Origin: Obrimoposthia wandeli
Taxonomy: Eukaryota
Reading direction: 5' to 3'
Assembly (NCBI GenBank): GCA_977020255.1
Contig: CDROCS010001101.1
Coordinates: 496,001 to 560,000, forward strand
DNA length: 64,000 bases
The notes below the pieces were generated by a model. That model did not search any database and had not been told where the DNA came from. It saw only the letters and a list, made by a program, of their open reading frames with translations. Shown in pieces: positions 9,656-20,858 of this stretch (positions are counted from its first letter, which is position 1; every line of letters begins with the position of its first letter). The position numbers and the translations under genes are program-made.

Positions 9656-12121
9656 ATGCCAAGAAAAACAATACTTGCCTCATTAATAATCTCAAGCTTA
9701 GCCCTCACAGCTTGCGATTCGGATACTGAAGTATTAGACGTTAAGGAAAACAAACTTTATACCAGTAGTCGCATACAATTTGATCCGTCAAATGGCGTTG
9801 TGTCTTTACCCAACGACTTATTATTTAGCGGCACTACCGACGGTACTCTACAGCTACCAGATGAATTAAAAGCGATCGCTTCAGCTTCAGCTGCTGGTAC
9901 GACAATGACTTATGATGACAATACCTATGCTATTGGTGCATTAGATGGTTGGTCAACAACTCAGCCTATCTCCATTGGTGTTGATTTATACGAAAATCGT
10001 ACGTTAGATGCAGCAAGCATCGAGCAAGCTGGTGCTGTACGTATTATTCCTGTAATGCTTGGTGGTCCGATATCACTGTCTAGTGATGCGAACTGTAAAG
10101 GCGCTCCCTCATTATCCGTTTGTGGCGTAACTGGTGCTGAATTAACCTACAACGTTGATTTTATTACTGTAGCCAATGATAAATCTATTGTTGTCGTGCC
10201 ACTAAAACCGTTTGCCGAAAATGCCAGTTACATGTATCTGACAACTAATTTGATTAAAGATAGTGAAGACGAATCTATTAACGGTAGTGTCACTTATCAA
10301 CTACTGAAGAGAGACTACGCAGAAAATCCGATCGGAGATCCTTCAGATCCTGCCGATGCCAGCGCCATAGGTTTGCAAAAACTAATCAATCATTACGATA
10401 GTGATATTATTACTGCTGTTGGTATTGATGCAAGTACTGTTACTCACACCGGTGTATTTACGACCCAGTCAATAACCGATGTGATTAATACAGCAAAGGT
10501 GATGATGTATAAAGCTGATCAAAGCGGTCCAGAAGCTGATTATATTAATACCAAATATCCTAACTTGCTGCCTATAGCGTCTTCTGCTAGTGCCACTTTT
10601 ATAGCGCCTGTTTATAATGCAGTTCCTGCCCTTCAAGCAATACCAATTATCGCTTCTCAAGCACAAGGTACTTATTTATATAAATCAAGTATCACTGTGC
10701 CGTATTACCTTGAAGAAGATGCTAATAACAGCTACTGGAAAGCCGCTGGTGATAGTCCTGTAACAATCTTAGGAGCAGTACAAAAAGGCCTTATTGATAA
10801 TGATACGTTAATCGGGGTTTGTGGAATGAGCATTGCCTCTGCTGCAGCAGATACAAGTGGTTTAGTAGGCTGTAACCTAGGTATTGACCCAACCAAGTTA
10901 CTTACTCGTTTCAATCCGTTAGCTAATCCAATTAACCAACAAACGCTTGACGTGCAGATCACAACACCAAATGCACCATTATGGCCTGCGGTTAAACCCC
11001 TAGCAGGTTGGCCGGTCAACATTGCCGTGCATGGATTAGGAACGCACAAAGGAACGACACTCATGAATGCAGGAGCCTTTGCTGAACAAGGTATTGCAAC
11101 GATTGCGATTGATATGCCACTGCATGGTAGTCGTGGTTATGATGACGGGAGCGGTGGTGATTATGAAATCAGTGCAACTGACTCTTCATTTGGTGCTCCT
11201 TATACTAATGGCTCCGTCACGAACTTTGTGAACATCGCCAGTGGTTTAACGGTACGTGACAACTTCCGCCAAGCAATCTCTGATTTACTAGCACTTCGTA
11301 TGCAAATTTCAGATTTCAAAGACACTGATGGATCTACGCTATTTGATGCGACGCAGGTGTCCGTACACGGTTTAAGTCTAGGTGCGATCACAGCAAGTAT
11401 GTTTACTGCCGTTGCCAATGATAGCGCTTTAGCTGCTGTATTTGGTGTCAATAGCGTATCTCTAGTTGCACCAGCTGGTGGTTTGACTGGTGTATTCCTT
11501 GATAGTCCAACCTTTGCTCCAGTGCTCATGGATGGACTTGTCGCTCAAATTGCCGCATCACAAGGGTATACCGCTGATCAAATTAAGGGAATAATATCAG
11601 ATCGCACATCAGCAGCATATTTAGGTTTTGCAGCTCACGCAGAAACTCTTATACCTAGTTTATTGTTCTCTGTCCAAACTCAAATAGAAGCATCAGATCC
11701 GATCAACTACGCTGGAAAACTCGCTGGTAATACTGACAACATTCACTTAATTGAAATTATTGGTGATATTAAAACTGGAGGAACAAACCCTTCCGACCAA
11801 ACATTACCTAATCAAGGTACTTCTGGTTCTCTTGTGGGTACAGAACCCTTAATTAAAGCGTTAAAACTTGATTGTATCGACGACAATGATACAACAGCGG
11901 TGAATGCAGGCGTGGTCCGTTTCATGAAAGGCCATCACAGCTCTTTAATCAACCCAACATCTTCAGGTATAGCGACAATTAGCGCAACTGCAGCGCTTGA
12001 TGCAACATTAGAGATGCAAAAACAAGTTGCCACACATGCTAAAACAATAGCCAATTCAATTGAATTGTCCAATGTAGGTGCTGCCGTGGGTACTAATCCG
12101 TTATTTGCTACTTGCGAATAA
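9656..12121 (+). CDS. VolA/Pla-1 family outer-membrane lipoprotein (lyso)phospholipase/lipase
   Basis: Lipobox LTAC after MPRKTILASLIISSL; FDPSNG..LPNDLLF N-terminal motif; HGLSLG nucleophile elbow; GHHSSL His; ATG at 9656 preferred over TTG at 9647. Confidence 0.85.
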   Translation: MPRKTILASLIISSLALTACDSDTEVLDVKENKLYTSSRIQFDPSNGVVSLPNDLLFSGTTDGTLQLPDELKAIASASAAGTTMTYDDNTYAIGALDGWSTTQPISIGVDLYENRTLDAASIEQAGAVRIIPVMLGGPISLSSDANCKGAPSLSVCGVTGAELTYNVDFITVANDKSIVVVPLKPFAENASYMYLTTNLIKDSEDESINGSVTYQLLKRDYAENPIGDPSDPADASAIGLQKLINHYDSDIITAVGIDASTVTHTGVFTTQSITDVINTAKVMMYKADQSGPEADYINTKYPNLLPIASSASATFIAPVYNAVPALQAIPIIASQAQGTYLYKSSITVPYYLEEDANNSYWKAAGDSPVTILGAVQKGLIDNDTLIGVCGMSIASAAADTSGLVGCNLGIDPTKLLTRFNPLANPINQQTLDVQITTPNAPLWPAVKPLAGWPVNIAVHGLGTHKGTTLMNAGAFAEQGIATIAIDMPLHGSRGYDDGSGGDYEISATDSSFGAPYTNGSVTNFVNIASGLTVRDNFRQAISDLLALRMQISDFKDTDGSTLFDATQVSVHGLSLGAITASMFTAVANDSALAAVFGVNSVSLVAPAGGLTGVFLDSPTFAPVLMDGLVAQIAASQGYTADQIKGIISDRTSAAYLGFAAHAETLIPSLLFSVQTQIEASDPINYAGKLAGNTDNIHLIEIIGDIKTGGTNPSDQTLPNQGTSGSLVGTEPLIKALKLDCIDDNDTTAVNAGVVRFMKGHHSSLINPTSSGIATISATAALDATLEMQKQVATHAKTIANSIELSNVGAAVGTNPLFATCE

Positions 12122-12151
12122 ATATTCCATAAATTTAAATTAGCGTCATAC

Positions 12152-12180
12152 AAACCAGCACTCCGGTGCTGGTTTTTTTT
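12152..12180 (+). terminator. Lipase gene terminator
   Basis: AAACCAGCAC-tccg-GTGCTGGTTT then T-run. Confidence 0.85.
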
Positions 12181-12212
12181 GAACTTAAAACTTAACCTCG
12201 ATTTACACGCAT

Positions 12213-12240
12213 AAAAAAACCAACTCAATGGAGTTGGTTT
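12213..12240 (-). terminator. Terminator for 2OG-Fe(II) oxygenase gene
   Basis: AAACCAACTC-aatg-GAGTTGGTTT with T-run on minus strand. Confidence 0.8.
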
Positions 12241-12267
12241 ATAATTTCTGCATTAAGTATTAACGAA

Positions 12268-13107
12268 TTAAAGCACGCCTAACTCACGTAATCGTTCCAT
12301 CAAATACTCATCAGCTGTATAACGCTCTGATAATACAACCTCTGCTTTAGGGTGTAAAAATAGCGGTAATGATACGCGCGCTTTTGTCACGTCTGCACCT
12401 TCAGGATTGATTACACGATGTGTTGTAGATGGGAAATAACCACCAGATGCTTCTTGTAGCATGTCACCGATATTAATAATGATGTTACCAAAATCACTTG
12501 GTACATCTAACCAAGAACCGTCTTGTTTAAGAACTTGTAAGCCAGGTTCATTAGCCGCAGGAAGTACAGTTAACATATTAATATCTTCATGAGCAGCTGC
12601 GCGGATCGCACCAACTTCTTCATTACCTGTCATTGGCGGATAATGTAACACACGTAATAATGTACGCGTACTCGCTTCAACCATTTTCGATAAAGGCATG
12701 CTGTAGTTTGCTGATACGTCCGCAGGAGAGAATTCTTCAACCCAATCAAGTAACTCAGCTGCAAGTGCATTCGCTTGTTCGTAATACGCAAGAATATTTT
12801 CTTTTAGTGACTCAGGAATACGGCCCCAAGTATATACATGGAAATACTCTTTAATATCTTTAACGCTATGACCTTTTGCTGTTTCAGAAATCGTCGCAGG
12901 AAAGAAACCATCTTGTGTTTCTGGTTTGAACAAAAAATCGTGTTTTTCTTCAGTTTCAAAGAATGCTTGCCATTCAGTGTAAATAGTTTGAACTAGCTCT
13001 GGGTTAATCGGGTGATTAGTTAATACACCAAAGCCCGTTTCACGAAGTGATTTTACGAACGCTTCAGCACTGTTTTCAGCGCGGTAATCAATTGCTGCTA
13101 ATGTCAT
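12268..13107 (-). CDS. 2-oxoglutarate/Fe(II)-dependent oxygenase, isopenicillin N synthase family
   Basis: LRVLHYPP, AAHED (HxD), STTHRV, RVSLP (RxS) motifs. Confidence 0.9.
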   Translation of the reverse strand: MTLAAIDYRAENSAEAFVKSLRETGFGVLTNHPINPELVQTIYTEWQAFFETEEKHDFLFKPETQDGFFPATISETAKGHSVKDIKEYFHVYTWGRIPESLKENILAYYEQANALAAELLDWVEEFSPADVSANYSMPLSKMVEASTRTLLRVLHYPPMTGNEEVGAIRAAAHEDINMLTVLPAANEPGLQVLKQDGSWLDVPSDFGNIIINIGDMLQEASGGYFPSTTHRVINPEGADVTKARVSLPLFLHPKAEVVLSERYTADEYLMERLRELGVL

Positions 13108-13270
13108 TTTGTATACTTTATTATCGAAATTTCACGAATGATAAATTTCATTAACTATTATGTCTACTCTTAAAATCAATTTTTACCCTATATTTTGTCA
13201 TGAAATCTATACATTTCCTTATTTATGTTCACAATCGATACAATGAACCTTTGAATGAAAGCAGATATAA

Positions 13271-13296
13271 AAAAGGATGGCATAGCAGCCATCCTT
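13271..13296 (-). terminator. Terminator for DsbA-like gene
   Basis: AAGGATGG-catagcag-CCATCCTT with A-run on the + side. Confidence 0.7.
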
Positions 13297-13325
13297 CAAA
13301 TTCAAATTAATCTAACAATCGCACA

Positions 13326-14003
13326 TTATTTATCTAAGTTATTCAGATAAGTAATTGTTGCAGCTAGATCTTCTAATGTTTTATGTGCAGCAGAGTTTAC
13401 CAAGTATTTACCTTGAACCAAGAAAGCCGGTACAGAGGCAATGTTAGCATTCGTCACGATTGTTTCAGCTTTAACCATTTCTTGATACACAGCTTCGTGT
13501 TGAGCTTCACTTAAATCGATAGGACTTTTCATATCGTATTTATTGAAAATGCCAATCATTTCAGCTTTTTTCTCTGCTGGCGTCATTGCTACTTCAGCTT
13601 CTTCTTCTACCTGACCTTCACCGTGATCATGATTATCAGCACCTGCACCACCTTGCGTATAAGTAAATAAATCAACCATCATTTCATGGCTTGGTTTACC
13701 GTTATTTTGAATTGCCGCAGCATAATAAACATAAGCTGAACGTTGCGCGCTTTCATTAAACGTTACGTGGGTTTTAGCAATGTCAATTTTCGTCATCTCT
13801 TCAATAGCAGGGATCATTGTTTCCATATTTTTACAGTTGCCACACGCCAACGAGAAAATCTCTACTACACCTGGTAAATCAGTCATTGGTGTCGGAATGA
13901 TGGCATACTCGGTGCCTTCTTTTGGATTATTGTCTTCGCTGCAGCCAGTAAGAGCAAGTAACGATACAAACACGAATAACAACGGTTTAAAGATAGATTT
14001 CAT
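13326..14003 (-). CDS. DsbA-family thiol:disulfide oxidoreductase lipoprotein
   Basis: Lipobox LTGC; FSLACGNC CxxC; cis-Pro SVPAFLV. Confidence 0.8.
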   Translation of the reverse strand: MKSIFKPLLFVFVSLLALTGCSEDNNPKEGTEYAIIPTPMTDLPGVVEIFSLACGNCKNMETMIPAIEEMTKIDIAKTHVTFNESAQRSAYVYYAAAIQNNGKPSHEMMVDLFTYTQGGAGADNHDHGEGQVEEEAEVAMTPAEKKAEMIGIFNKYDMKSPIDLSEAQHEAVYQEMVKAETIVTNANIASVPAFLVQGKYLVNSAAHKTLEDLAATITYLNNLDK

Positions 14004-14237
14004 AATAATATAGGGCCATTAATTTAAGATGGAAATTGAAAAAGATCGAGAGGTTATAATGAATAATTACCACTGTCGAATAATATTACCTAGCTTTACT
14101 TTCATGATGATTTAGATCAATTTTTCAGTAGCAGTAGTAACACACGCAATCAGACGAACAGCAGCTCTAAATTGTATAATCATTTATCCTATTCTTTATC
14201 AGGACTTATTACTTAATGGTTAAATTTGTTATTTTTT

Positions 14238-14253
14238 CGTGACGGAGATCACT
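14238..14253. promoter_or_regulatory. Possible CRP site upstream of MCP1
   Basis: CGTGA-cggaga-TCACT (8/10 to consensus). Confidence 0.45.
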
Positions 14254-14288
14254 CATTAGTAACTTTAAATGCGATATTGAAATTACCG

Positions 14289-14296
14289 GCCGATAA
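14289..14296 (+). promoter_or_regulatory. Sigma-28 (FliA) -10 element upstream of MCP1
   Basis: Perfect GCCGATAA about 90 bp before a chemoreceptor start; -35 match is poor. Confidence 0.5.
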
Positions 14297-14383
14297 GCTA
14301 ATAACAATGTAATTGCGATAGTGTTATCGCTGTTTAATGCGAGTCTACACTCTCGATTTTATTTATTTTAAGGATGTGCCCAC

Positions 14384-16297
14384 GTGAATTTTTTATCAAG
14401 TTTTAAAGGCCGGATAATTACAGTAATTATGTTACTGCTCATTACGACGCTAGCAATATCTAATTTTCTTTCTTATCGTCAGCTATCAACTATGATGAAA
14501 AGCGATATCGATAACTATTCAATTCTTAAAGTCAGTAGTACATCCGATAAAGTTAACGCATGGTTCCAAACGATCAAAGATGGTTTAGTGGGTACAGCGC
14601 CAGATTTTGCAGAAACCCGCGGTGATGATCAGATTAACCTTATGGTGCAACAAATCAATGCATCCACCAAAGCCACCGATATTCTTGTTGGCTTTGAAGA
14701 CGGTGGTTCTTACAGCGCACTCTCCGGTAAACGTGTTGTAAGCGAATACGACCCACGTGGGCGTGGTTGGTATATAGAAGCAAAACGCCAAGGTAAAACC
14801 ATCATTACTCCTATGTATAAAGATGCCTTTACCAATAACTTATTAGTCAGTATTGCCGAACCTTTCTACAAGAATGGTCAATTACAAGGTGTGCTACTTG
14901 CTGATATCGAATTGAACATCCTAGAAGACATAGTCAAAGCATCCGCGTTTGCACATGCAACCACGAGTTTATTTGACGAACTTGGCACAACAATCGCTTC
15001 AACAGATAAGATCGAAAATCCAGGTGAATCAAAGCTTGCTGACGATGCTGCATTTAGCCAATTACAACGTCAAATGTTAGCAGAAGACAGCGGTAAACAG
15101 ACTCTAACTGCGAACGGTAAAGAGAAAATAAACTATTTTGAATCAGTGAAGCTTGATGACCAATTAAGCTGGCACATATTAGTGACGCTAGATAAAGAAG
15201 CTCATCATGCCGTTATTGCAGATAGCTTAGAAGATTCATTAATCACCGCTATTATTTTGATTCTGATCGTATCACTACTGATATATGTTGCCCTTAATAA
15301 GCTTTACCAACCCATTATTGCATTAAAATCGACCATTCAAGATCTGGCACAAGGCAACGGCGATTTAACCCAACGATTGGAGGTCACAAGTAAAGATGAT
15401 TTAGGCTTGATAGCCGAAGGCGTAAATACCTTTATTGCTAACTTACAAACAATCATGATCGATATATCGCAATCAACAACGCATATTTCGACCGGTATTG
15501 AACAGTTACGCTCGCAAACAGAACATAACAATACCGTGTTAATCGATCACGCGAGTGAAACAGACCAGGTTGTTGTGGCCGTGACAGAAATGAGTTCAAC
15601 TGCTGATAGCGTTGCTCAAAGTGCAGCGCAAAGCGCAACCTATACGCAGAAATCAACGGATGAAGCACATCAATCTAAAAACGTTGTAGAAGGTGCTGTC
15701 AGAGGTGTTGCCGACTTGGTAAATGAAGTTGAGGCTATGGCTCTCAACATTCAAACCATGAATGAAGACACCCATAAAATCAGTTCTGTATTAAGTGTCA
15801 TTGGTGAGATTGCCGATCAAACTAACTTACTTGCACTAAACGCAGCGATTGAAGCAGCACGTGCGGGTGAGCAAGGTCGAGGTTTCGCTGTTGTCGCAGA
15901 TGAAGTGCGTACGCTTGCGGCAAGAACGCAACAAAGTACCTCTGAAATTAATGAGATGCTAACGCGCTTACGTGGTGGTGCTGATACCGTTGTTCGAGCA
16001 ATGGATATCACCAAAGCAAGTTGCCAACAAACAGCGGATACGACAGCCAGTGTCAACGATAGCCTTGATTCGATGACCAATTCAGTGATGCAGATTAATG
16101 ACCTTGGTATTCAAATTGCCACTGCTGCTGAAGAACAAAGTTCAGTGACCGAAGAAATTAATCGTAACATGACAATGATTCAGAATATGGTATCGCAATT
16201 AACTGAAAATGGTGAAAAAACGATGGACAGTACACATACACTTGCGAGTTCAAACGAGCAGCTCGTCGCTATCGTGGCACAATTCAAGTTACGCTAA
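14384..16297 (+). CDS. Methyl-accepting chemotaxis protein 1 (TM-dCache_1-TM-HAMP-MA), amino-acid-sensor motif intact
   Basis: GTG start; YDPRGRGWY..Y-K-D..LLADI; [34 protein letters not shown]. Confidence 0.95.
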   Translation: MNFLSSFKGRIITVIMLLLITTLAISNFLSYRQLSTMMKSDIDNYSILKVSSTSDKVNAWFQTIKDGLVGTAPDFAETRGDDQINLMVQQINASTKATDILVGFEDGGSYSALSGKRVVSEYDPRGRGWYIEAKRQGKTIITPMYKDAFTNNLLVSIAEPFYKNGQLQGVLLADIELNILEDIVKASAFAHATTSLFDELGTTIASTDKIENPGESKLADDAAFSQLQRQMLAEDSGKQTLTANGKEKINYFESVKLDDQLSWHILVTLDKEAHHAVIADSLEDSLITAIILILIVSLLIYVALNKLYQPIIALKSTIQDLAQGNGDLTQRLEVTSKDDLGLIAEGVNTFIANLQTIMIDISQSTTHISTGIEQLRSQTEHNNTVLIDHASETDQVVVAVTEMSSTADSVAQSAAQSATYTQKSTDEAHQSKNVVEGAVRGVADLVNEVEAMALNIQTMNEDTHKISSVLSVIGEIADQTNLLALNAAIEAARAGEQGRGFAVVADEVRTLAARTQQSTSEINEMLTRLRGGADTVVRAMDITKASCQQTADTTASVNDSLDSMTNSVMQINDLGIQIATAAEEQSSVTEEINRNMTMIQNMVSQLTENGEKTMDSTHTLASSNEQLVAIVAQFKLR

Positions 16298-16318
16298 ACT
16301 ATTCTCTTCATTATCACC

Positions 16319-16351
16319 TTAAATCGCCCTATTATTACGGGGCGATTTTAA
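16319..16351 (+). terminator. Hairpin after MCP1
   Basis: AAATCGCCC-tattattacg-GGGCGATTT. Confidence 0.7.
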
Positions 16352-16593
16352 GTCTTATCTTTGGTATTAAGTTAATGCCAAAGACAATTAAAACCACCTC
16401 ATTAATACCTGCTCAATAGCACAATTAGTAACATAAATAACAACACAATTTAACCTGAATATCCCCACCCTGTTATACCTCACACTTAGTATATTCTAAA
16501 ACACTAAGTACATAGTGATTTGAACCTTTATTTTATACCTAAAAATAATTAAAATTAAACAAATCCTTTATTATCAATAACTTTAAAATATAA

Positions 16594-16629
16594 AATTAAT
16601 TTAACAATTAATTTAACAATTAAATTAAG
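16594..16629. repeat. 12-bp AT-rich tandem repeat x3
   Basis: aattaatttaac / aattaatttaac / aattaaattaag. Confidence 0.7.
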
Positions 16630-16710
16630 TTTATATTTTAGGTTATCAAACAGCTTGTCCTATATAATATCAGCATTATAATCTGTGCTAATAATTAAGG
16701 AATATTTGTT

Positions 16711-18615
16711 GTGAATTCACTGTTAAGTTTTAAAGGTAAAATTATTGCAAGCGTAATACTTTTACTCACCATCTCGCTCGCCATTTCTGCTGTTATTTCC
16801 AATAACCAAATGTCCGCGTCAATGGTATCGAGTATTGATAAATACTCTAAACTAAACGTATCGACGACAACCGATAGAATTACAACTTGGTTTAGCACAA
16901 TGAAAACTGGCCTTAAAAAAAGTGCGCCAGATTTTGCCATTCGCCATGACGATAATGAAACATTGCGCATGGTCAAACAGATTGAATTTGCCACGCAAGC
17001 TAACGATGTGGTAGCAAGCTATGAAGATGGCAGTTTATACAGCGCTTTACATGGTAAAGTCGATATCGACGCTCGTGAACTCGCTTGGTATAAAGATGCC
17101 AAAATACAGCGAAAAACTGTTGTTACCAATATTTATAAACATTCAACGACAGGTGAATTGTTGATCAGTATTGCTGAACCATTTTTCAGCGACGGTCAAT
17201 TTAGCGGTGTATTACTTGCCGATATTAAATTAGACGTGCTACAAGGAATGGTAGAACTCTCTGTACTTGAAGATTCAGTTACGACACTCTATAACGAAGA
17301 CACAATGGCAATAGCCACCACAGACCCACTGGAAATCGTTGGCCAGAGAGCACCAAATCGTAATAAAGAATACACCCAATTAAAAACACATATTGAAAAT
17401 AATGATCAAGGGATGATCGAGCTAGATGATTATGGTTTTGCGAAAATCGTCTATTTCTCAACATTGGTATTAGATGATAATACCGTATGGAAAATCATTA
17501 TCACGTTAGATAAAAAATCTCATTTAGCGGCCATCAATGAAAGTTCACAAATTCTATTGCTCTCGAGTATTGTGCTGGTATTACTTTCATCGCTTGTGAT
17601 TTATGTAAGCTTGTCACGTCTGTACGCCCCTATCCTTGCATTAAAAGATATGATTAACGACCTTGCTCGAGGTGATGGTGATTTAACGCAACGCCTCGCT
17701 GTAACACGTAATGATGATTTGGGTGAAATAGCCGAAGCTGTAAACCGTTTCATTATTAACTTACAAGAAATGATGCTCAAGATTGCGAATTCAACAGTAC
17801 ATATCTCGACAGGTATCAGTGAGCTACGAAACCAAACAGAACAGAATAACCAAGTATTAACTGAACACGCAAACGAAACAGAACAAGTCGTTGTGGCTAT
17901 CACTGAAATGAGTTCAACCGCTGACAGTGTTGCGCAAAGTGCAGCGAAATCAGCAAGCTTTACTCAGCAAACGACCGAGCAAGCTAATCAATCAAAAGTG
18001 GTCGTCGATACCGCGGTGTCAGGTGTTGCAGACTTAGTCAATGAAGTTGAGAGCATGGCAACAAACATTCAAACTATGAATAACGACACAAAAAAAATCA
18101 GTGCAGTGTTGGGCATCATCGGCGGAATTGCAGATCAAACCAACCTACTTGCATTGAATGCCGCGATTGAAGCAGCACGCGCAGGTGAACAAGGCCGTGG
18201 ATTTGCAGTTGTTGCAGATGAAGTACGCACATTGGCAGCACGCACGCAACAAAGCACCTCTGAAATTAACGAGATGCTTACTAATCTAAACCGTGGTACT
18301 GACAGCGTAGTTAGTGCGATGGATGCGACACGCACAAGTTGTGAACAGACGGCAAATACCACAGCAAGTGTGAATGAAAGTCTTGATTGTATGACGAACT
18401 CCATTGTTCAAATCAATGACCTTGGTATTCAGATCGCAACCGCGGCGGAGGAGCAAAGTTCTGTGACTGAAGAAATTAATCGCAATATGACAGCAATCCG
18501 AACCATGGTCACGCAACTGACTCAAAACGGAAACAAGACGATGGATAGCACGCATGACCTATCGAATTGTAATGATGAACTGACGCAAATAATTAGCCAA
18601 TTTAAACTCGAATAA
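16711..18615 (+). CDS. Methyl-accepting chemotaxis protein 2 (dCache_1), ligand motif altered
   Basis: GTG start; paralog of MCP1/3; IDARELAWY replaces YDPRxRxWY; canonical MA domain. Confidence 0.95.
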   Translation: MNSLLSFKGKIIASVILLLTISLAISAVISNNQMSASMVSSIDKYSKLNVSTTTDRITTWFSTMKTGLKKSAPDFAIRHDDNETLRMVKQIEFATQANDVVASYEDGSLYSALHGKVDIDARELAWYKDAKIQRKTVVTNIYKHSTTGELLISIAEPFFSDGQFSGVLLADIKLDVLQGMVELSVLEDSVTTLYNEDTMAIATTDPLEIVGQRAPNRNKEYTQLKTHIENNDQGMIELDDYGFAKIVYFSTLVLDDNTVWKIIITLDKKSHLAAINESSQILLLSSIVLVLLSSLVIYVSLSRLYAPILALKDMINDLARGDGDLTQRLAVTRNDDLGEIAEAVNRFIINLQEMMLKIANSTVHISTGISELRNQTEQNNQVLTEHANETEQVVVAITEMSSTADSVAQSAAKSASFTQQTTEQANQSKVVVDTAVSGVADLVNEVESMATNIQTMNNDTKKISAVLGIIGGIADQTNLLALNAAIEAARAGEQGRGFAVVADEVRTLAARTQQSTSEINEMLTNLNRGTDSVVSAMDATRTSCEQTANTTASVNESLDCMTNSIVQINDLGIQIATAAEEQSSVTEEINRNMTAIRTMVTQLTQNGNKTMDSTHDLSNCNDELTQIISQFKLE

Positions 18616-18882
18616 TCAATTCAACATCAATAAGACATCAATAAAACATTAAATTAAAACACCAGTCTTTATGTTACTTTATATTAATTAATAGATATAA
18701 AGTCTGGTCGTTTCATCGCAAGCCCAAATTACTCGCCAAGTTTTACGTTACAAACACTTACAAAACCCTACACCCGCTTTCATATGAATGATACGATATG
18801 AAAAAAATCGCCTAAAGCTGAACATATAACCAGAAATTAGCTTTATTGCAACATTAGTAACCATTAAAGGGTATTTGTTAAC

Positions 18883-20796
18883 GTGAATTTTCTATCAAGT
18901 TTTAAAGGGCGAATAATCTCTGTCATTATTTTGCTTTTAATAACGACTTTAACTATTTCTAACTTCTTTTCTTATCGCCAACTATCTACTTCAATGTCGA
19001 GTAATATCAATGATTACTCTATGCTAAAAGTGGATACCACGTCGGCAAAGATCAATGTTTGGTTTCAAACAATTAAAGAAGGTTTAATCGCGACTGCACC
19101 TGATTTTTCGCAAGCGCGTGATGATGAACAGTTACATTTAATGGTTCGACAAATCACAGCAGCAACAAAAGCGAGCGATATTGTTGTCGGTTTTGCTGAT
19201 GGCCGCTCTTATGGCGCGGCAAGTGGTAAACGCGACCTCGCGAGTTATGATCCCCGTACACGTGATTGGTATACACTCGCACAACAAAAACGTGGCACAA
19301 TCGTAACTGCCATGTATAAAGACGCTCTGACTAAGCAACTACTGATTAGTATCGCTGAACCTTTTTATAAAAATGGTCGTCTGGAAGGTGTATTACTTGC
19401 TGATATCGAGCTAGGTGTATTGAATGATATGGTGCGTGATTCTGCATTTGCCAATGCGGTAACAAGCCTACATGATAATCAAGGTACAACCATCGCATCG
19501 ACAGTACAAATTAGTAATCCAGGTCAAAGCAAATTAGCTGACGACATGGGTTATGCGCAACTACAGCAACAAATGCTAAATAATGATGAAGGTGTCTCTG
19601 AATTCAGCGTCAATGGCGCAGATAAAGTCAGCTACTTTGAAAACATCAAACTTGATGATTCAATGAACTGGCATTTAGTTATTACCGTAGATCAATCAGC
19701 GCACTACGCGACAGTAAAAGAACTATTAGAAGATACACTGCTTGGCGCCCTACTGCTTATTATTATCGCGTCTGCAATTGTATATGCCGCACTTAACCAG
19801 CTTTACCGCCCTATTCTCGCGCTGAAATCGACAGTAGTTGATCTTGCCCATGGTAATGCCGATTTAACGCAACGCCTTGCAGTAACGAGTAATGATGATT
19901 TAGGTCAGATAGCCGAAGCAGTTAACCGCTTCGTGATCAACTTGCAAGACATGATGTTAGAGATTTCTCAATCTACCGATCATATTTCATCAGGTATCGA
20001 GCAATTAAGATCGCAAACTGAACACAACAATACCGTATTAGTCGATCACGCAAGTGAGACTGACCAAGTTGTTGTTGCTGTTACTGAAATGAGCTCAACA
20101 GCAGACAGTGTTGCGCAAAATGCCGCGCAATCAGCAACCTTTACCCAACAATCTGCTGATGAGGCACATAAATCAAAAGCGGTTGTTGAAGGCGCTGTAC
20201 ATGGTGTTGCCGACTTAGTAAACGAAGTTGAAGCGATGGCTCTGAACATTCAAACAATGAATGAAGATACGCACAAAATCAGCACTGTATTAAGCGTGAT
20301 TGGTGATATTGCCGACCAAACTAACCTACTTGCACTAAACGCAGCAATCGAAGCGGCGCGTGCTGGTGAGCAAGGTCGTGGTTTTGCCGTTGTAGCAGAT
20401 GAAGTTCGTACCCTTGCCGCTCGTACCCAACAGAGTACCTCTGAGATTAATGAGATGCTTTCACGTTTACGTAATGGCGCTGATATGGTTGTTCGTGCAA
20501 TGGATATCACCAAAGCCAGTTGCCAACAAACAGCAATAACAACTGCAAGCGTGAATGATAACCTTGATTCAATGACAACCTCTGTCATGCAGATTAACGA
20601 TCTTGGTATTCAAATTGCGACTGCGGCAGAGGAACAAAGTTCTGTAACGGAAGAAATCAACCGTAACATGACGATGATCCAAAGCATGGTTAATCAGCTT
20701 ACTGATAACGGTAATAAAACCATGGACAGTACTCGTGAACTTGCTAGCTCAAACGAGCAGTTAGTCGCGATTGTTGGTCAGTTTAAATTAAGATAA
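18883..20796 (+). CDS. Methyl-accepting chemotaxis protein 3 (dCache_1), amino-acid-sensor motif intact
   Basis: GTG start; [17 protein letters not shown]; canonical MA domain; closest to MCP1. Confidence 0.95.
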   Translation: MNFLSSFKGRIISVIILLLITTLTISNFFSYRQLSTSMSSNINDYSMLKVDTTSAKINVWFQTIKEGLIATAPDFSQARDDEQLHLMVRQITAATKASDIVVGFADGRSYGAASGKRDLASYDPRTRDWYTLAQQKRGTIVTAMYKDALTKQLLISIAEPFYKNGRLEGVLLADIELGVLNDMVRDSAFANAVTSLHDNQGTTIASTVQISNPGQSKLADDMGYAQLQQQMLNNDEGVSEFSVNGADKVSYFENIKLDDSMNWHLVITVDQSAHYATVKELLEDTLLGALLLIIIASAIVYAALNQLYRPILALKSTVVDLAHGNADLTQRLAVTSNDDLGQIAEAVNRFVINLQDMMLEISQSTDHISSGIEQLRSQTEHNNTVLVDHASETDQVVVAVTEMSSTADSVAQNAAQSATFTQQSADEAHKSKAVVEGAVHGVADLVNEVEAMALNIQTMNEDTHKISTVLSVIGDIADQTNLLALNAAIEAARAGEQGRGFAVVADEVRTLAARTQQSTSEINEMLSRLRNGADMVVRAMDITKASCQQTAITTASVNDNLDSMTTSVMQINDLGIQIATAAEEQSSVTEEINRNMTMIQSMVNQLTDNGNKTMDSTRELASSNEQLVAIVGQFKLR

Positions 20797-20833
20797 TGCC
20801 GTATATTTAAAGACTTTATGTATACAGCTTGCT

Positions 20834-20858
20834 CGGCTCTTGACTACTTCAAGAGCCG
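20834..20858. terminator. Hairpin between convergent MCP3 and EAL gene
   Basis: CGGCTCTTGA-ctact-TCAAGAGCCG overlapping the EAL stop. Confidence 0.7.

Noticed and set aside
13134-13155. Fur-like palindrome AATGATAAATTTCATT upstream of the 2OG-Fe(II) oxygenase
   Set aside because: Only about 11/19 match in very AT-rich DNA
15817-20588. Similar antisense ORFs repeated three times (15817-16080, 18135-18404, 20250-20588)
   Set aside because: They mirror the conserved MCP signalling domain on the other strand; not an independent gene family
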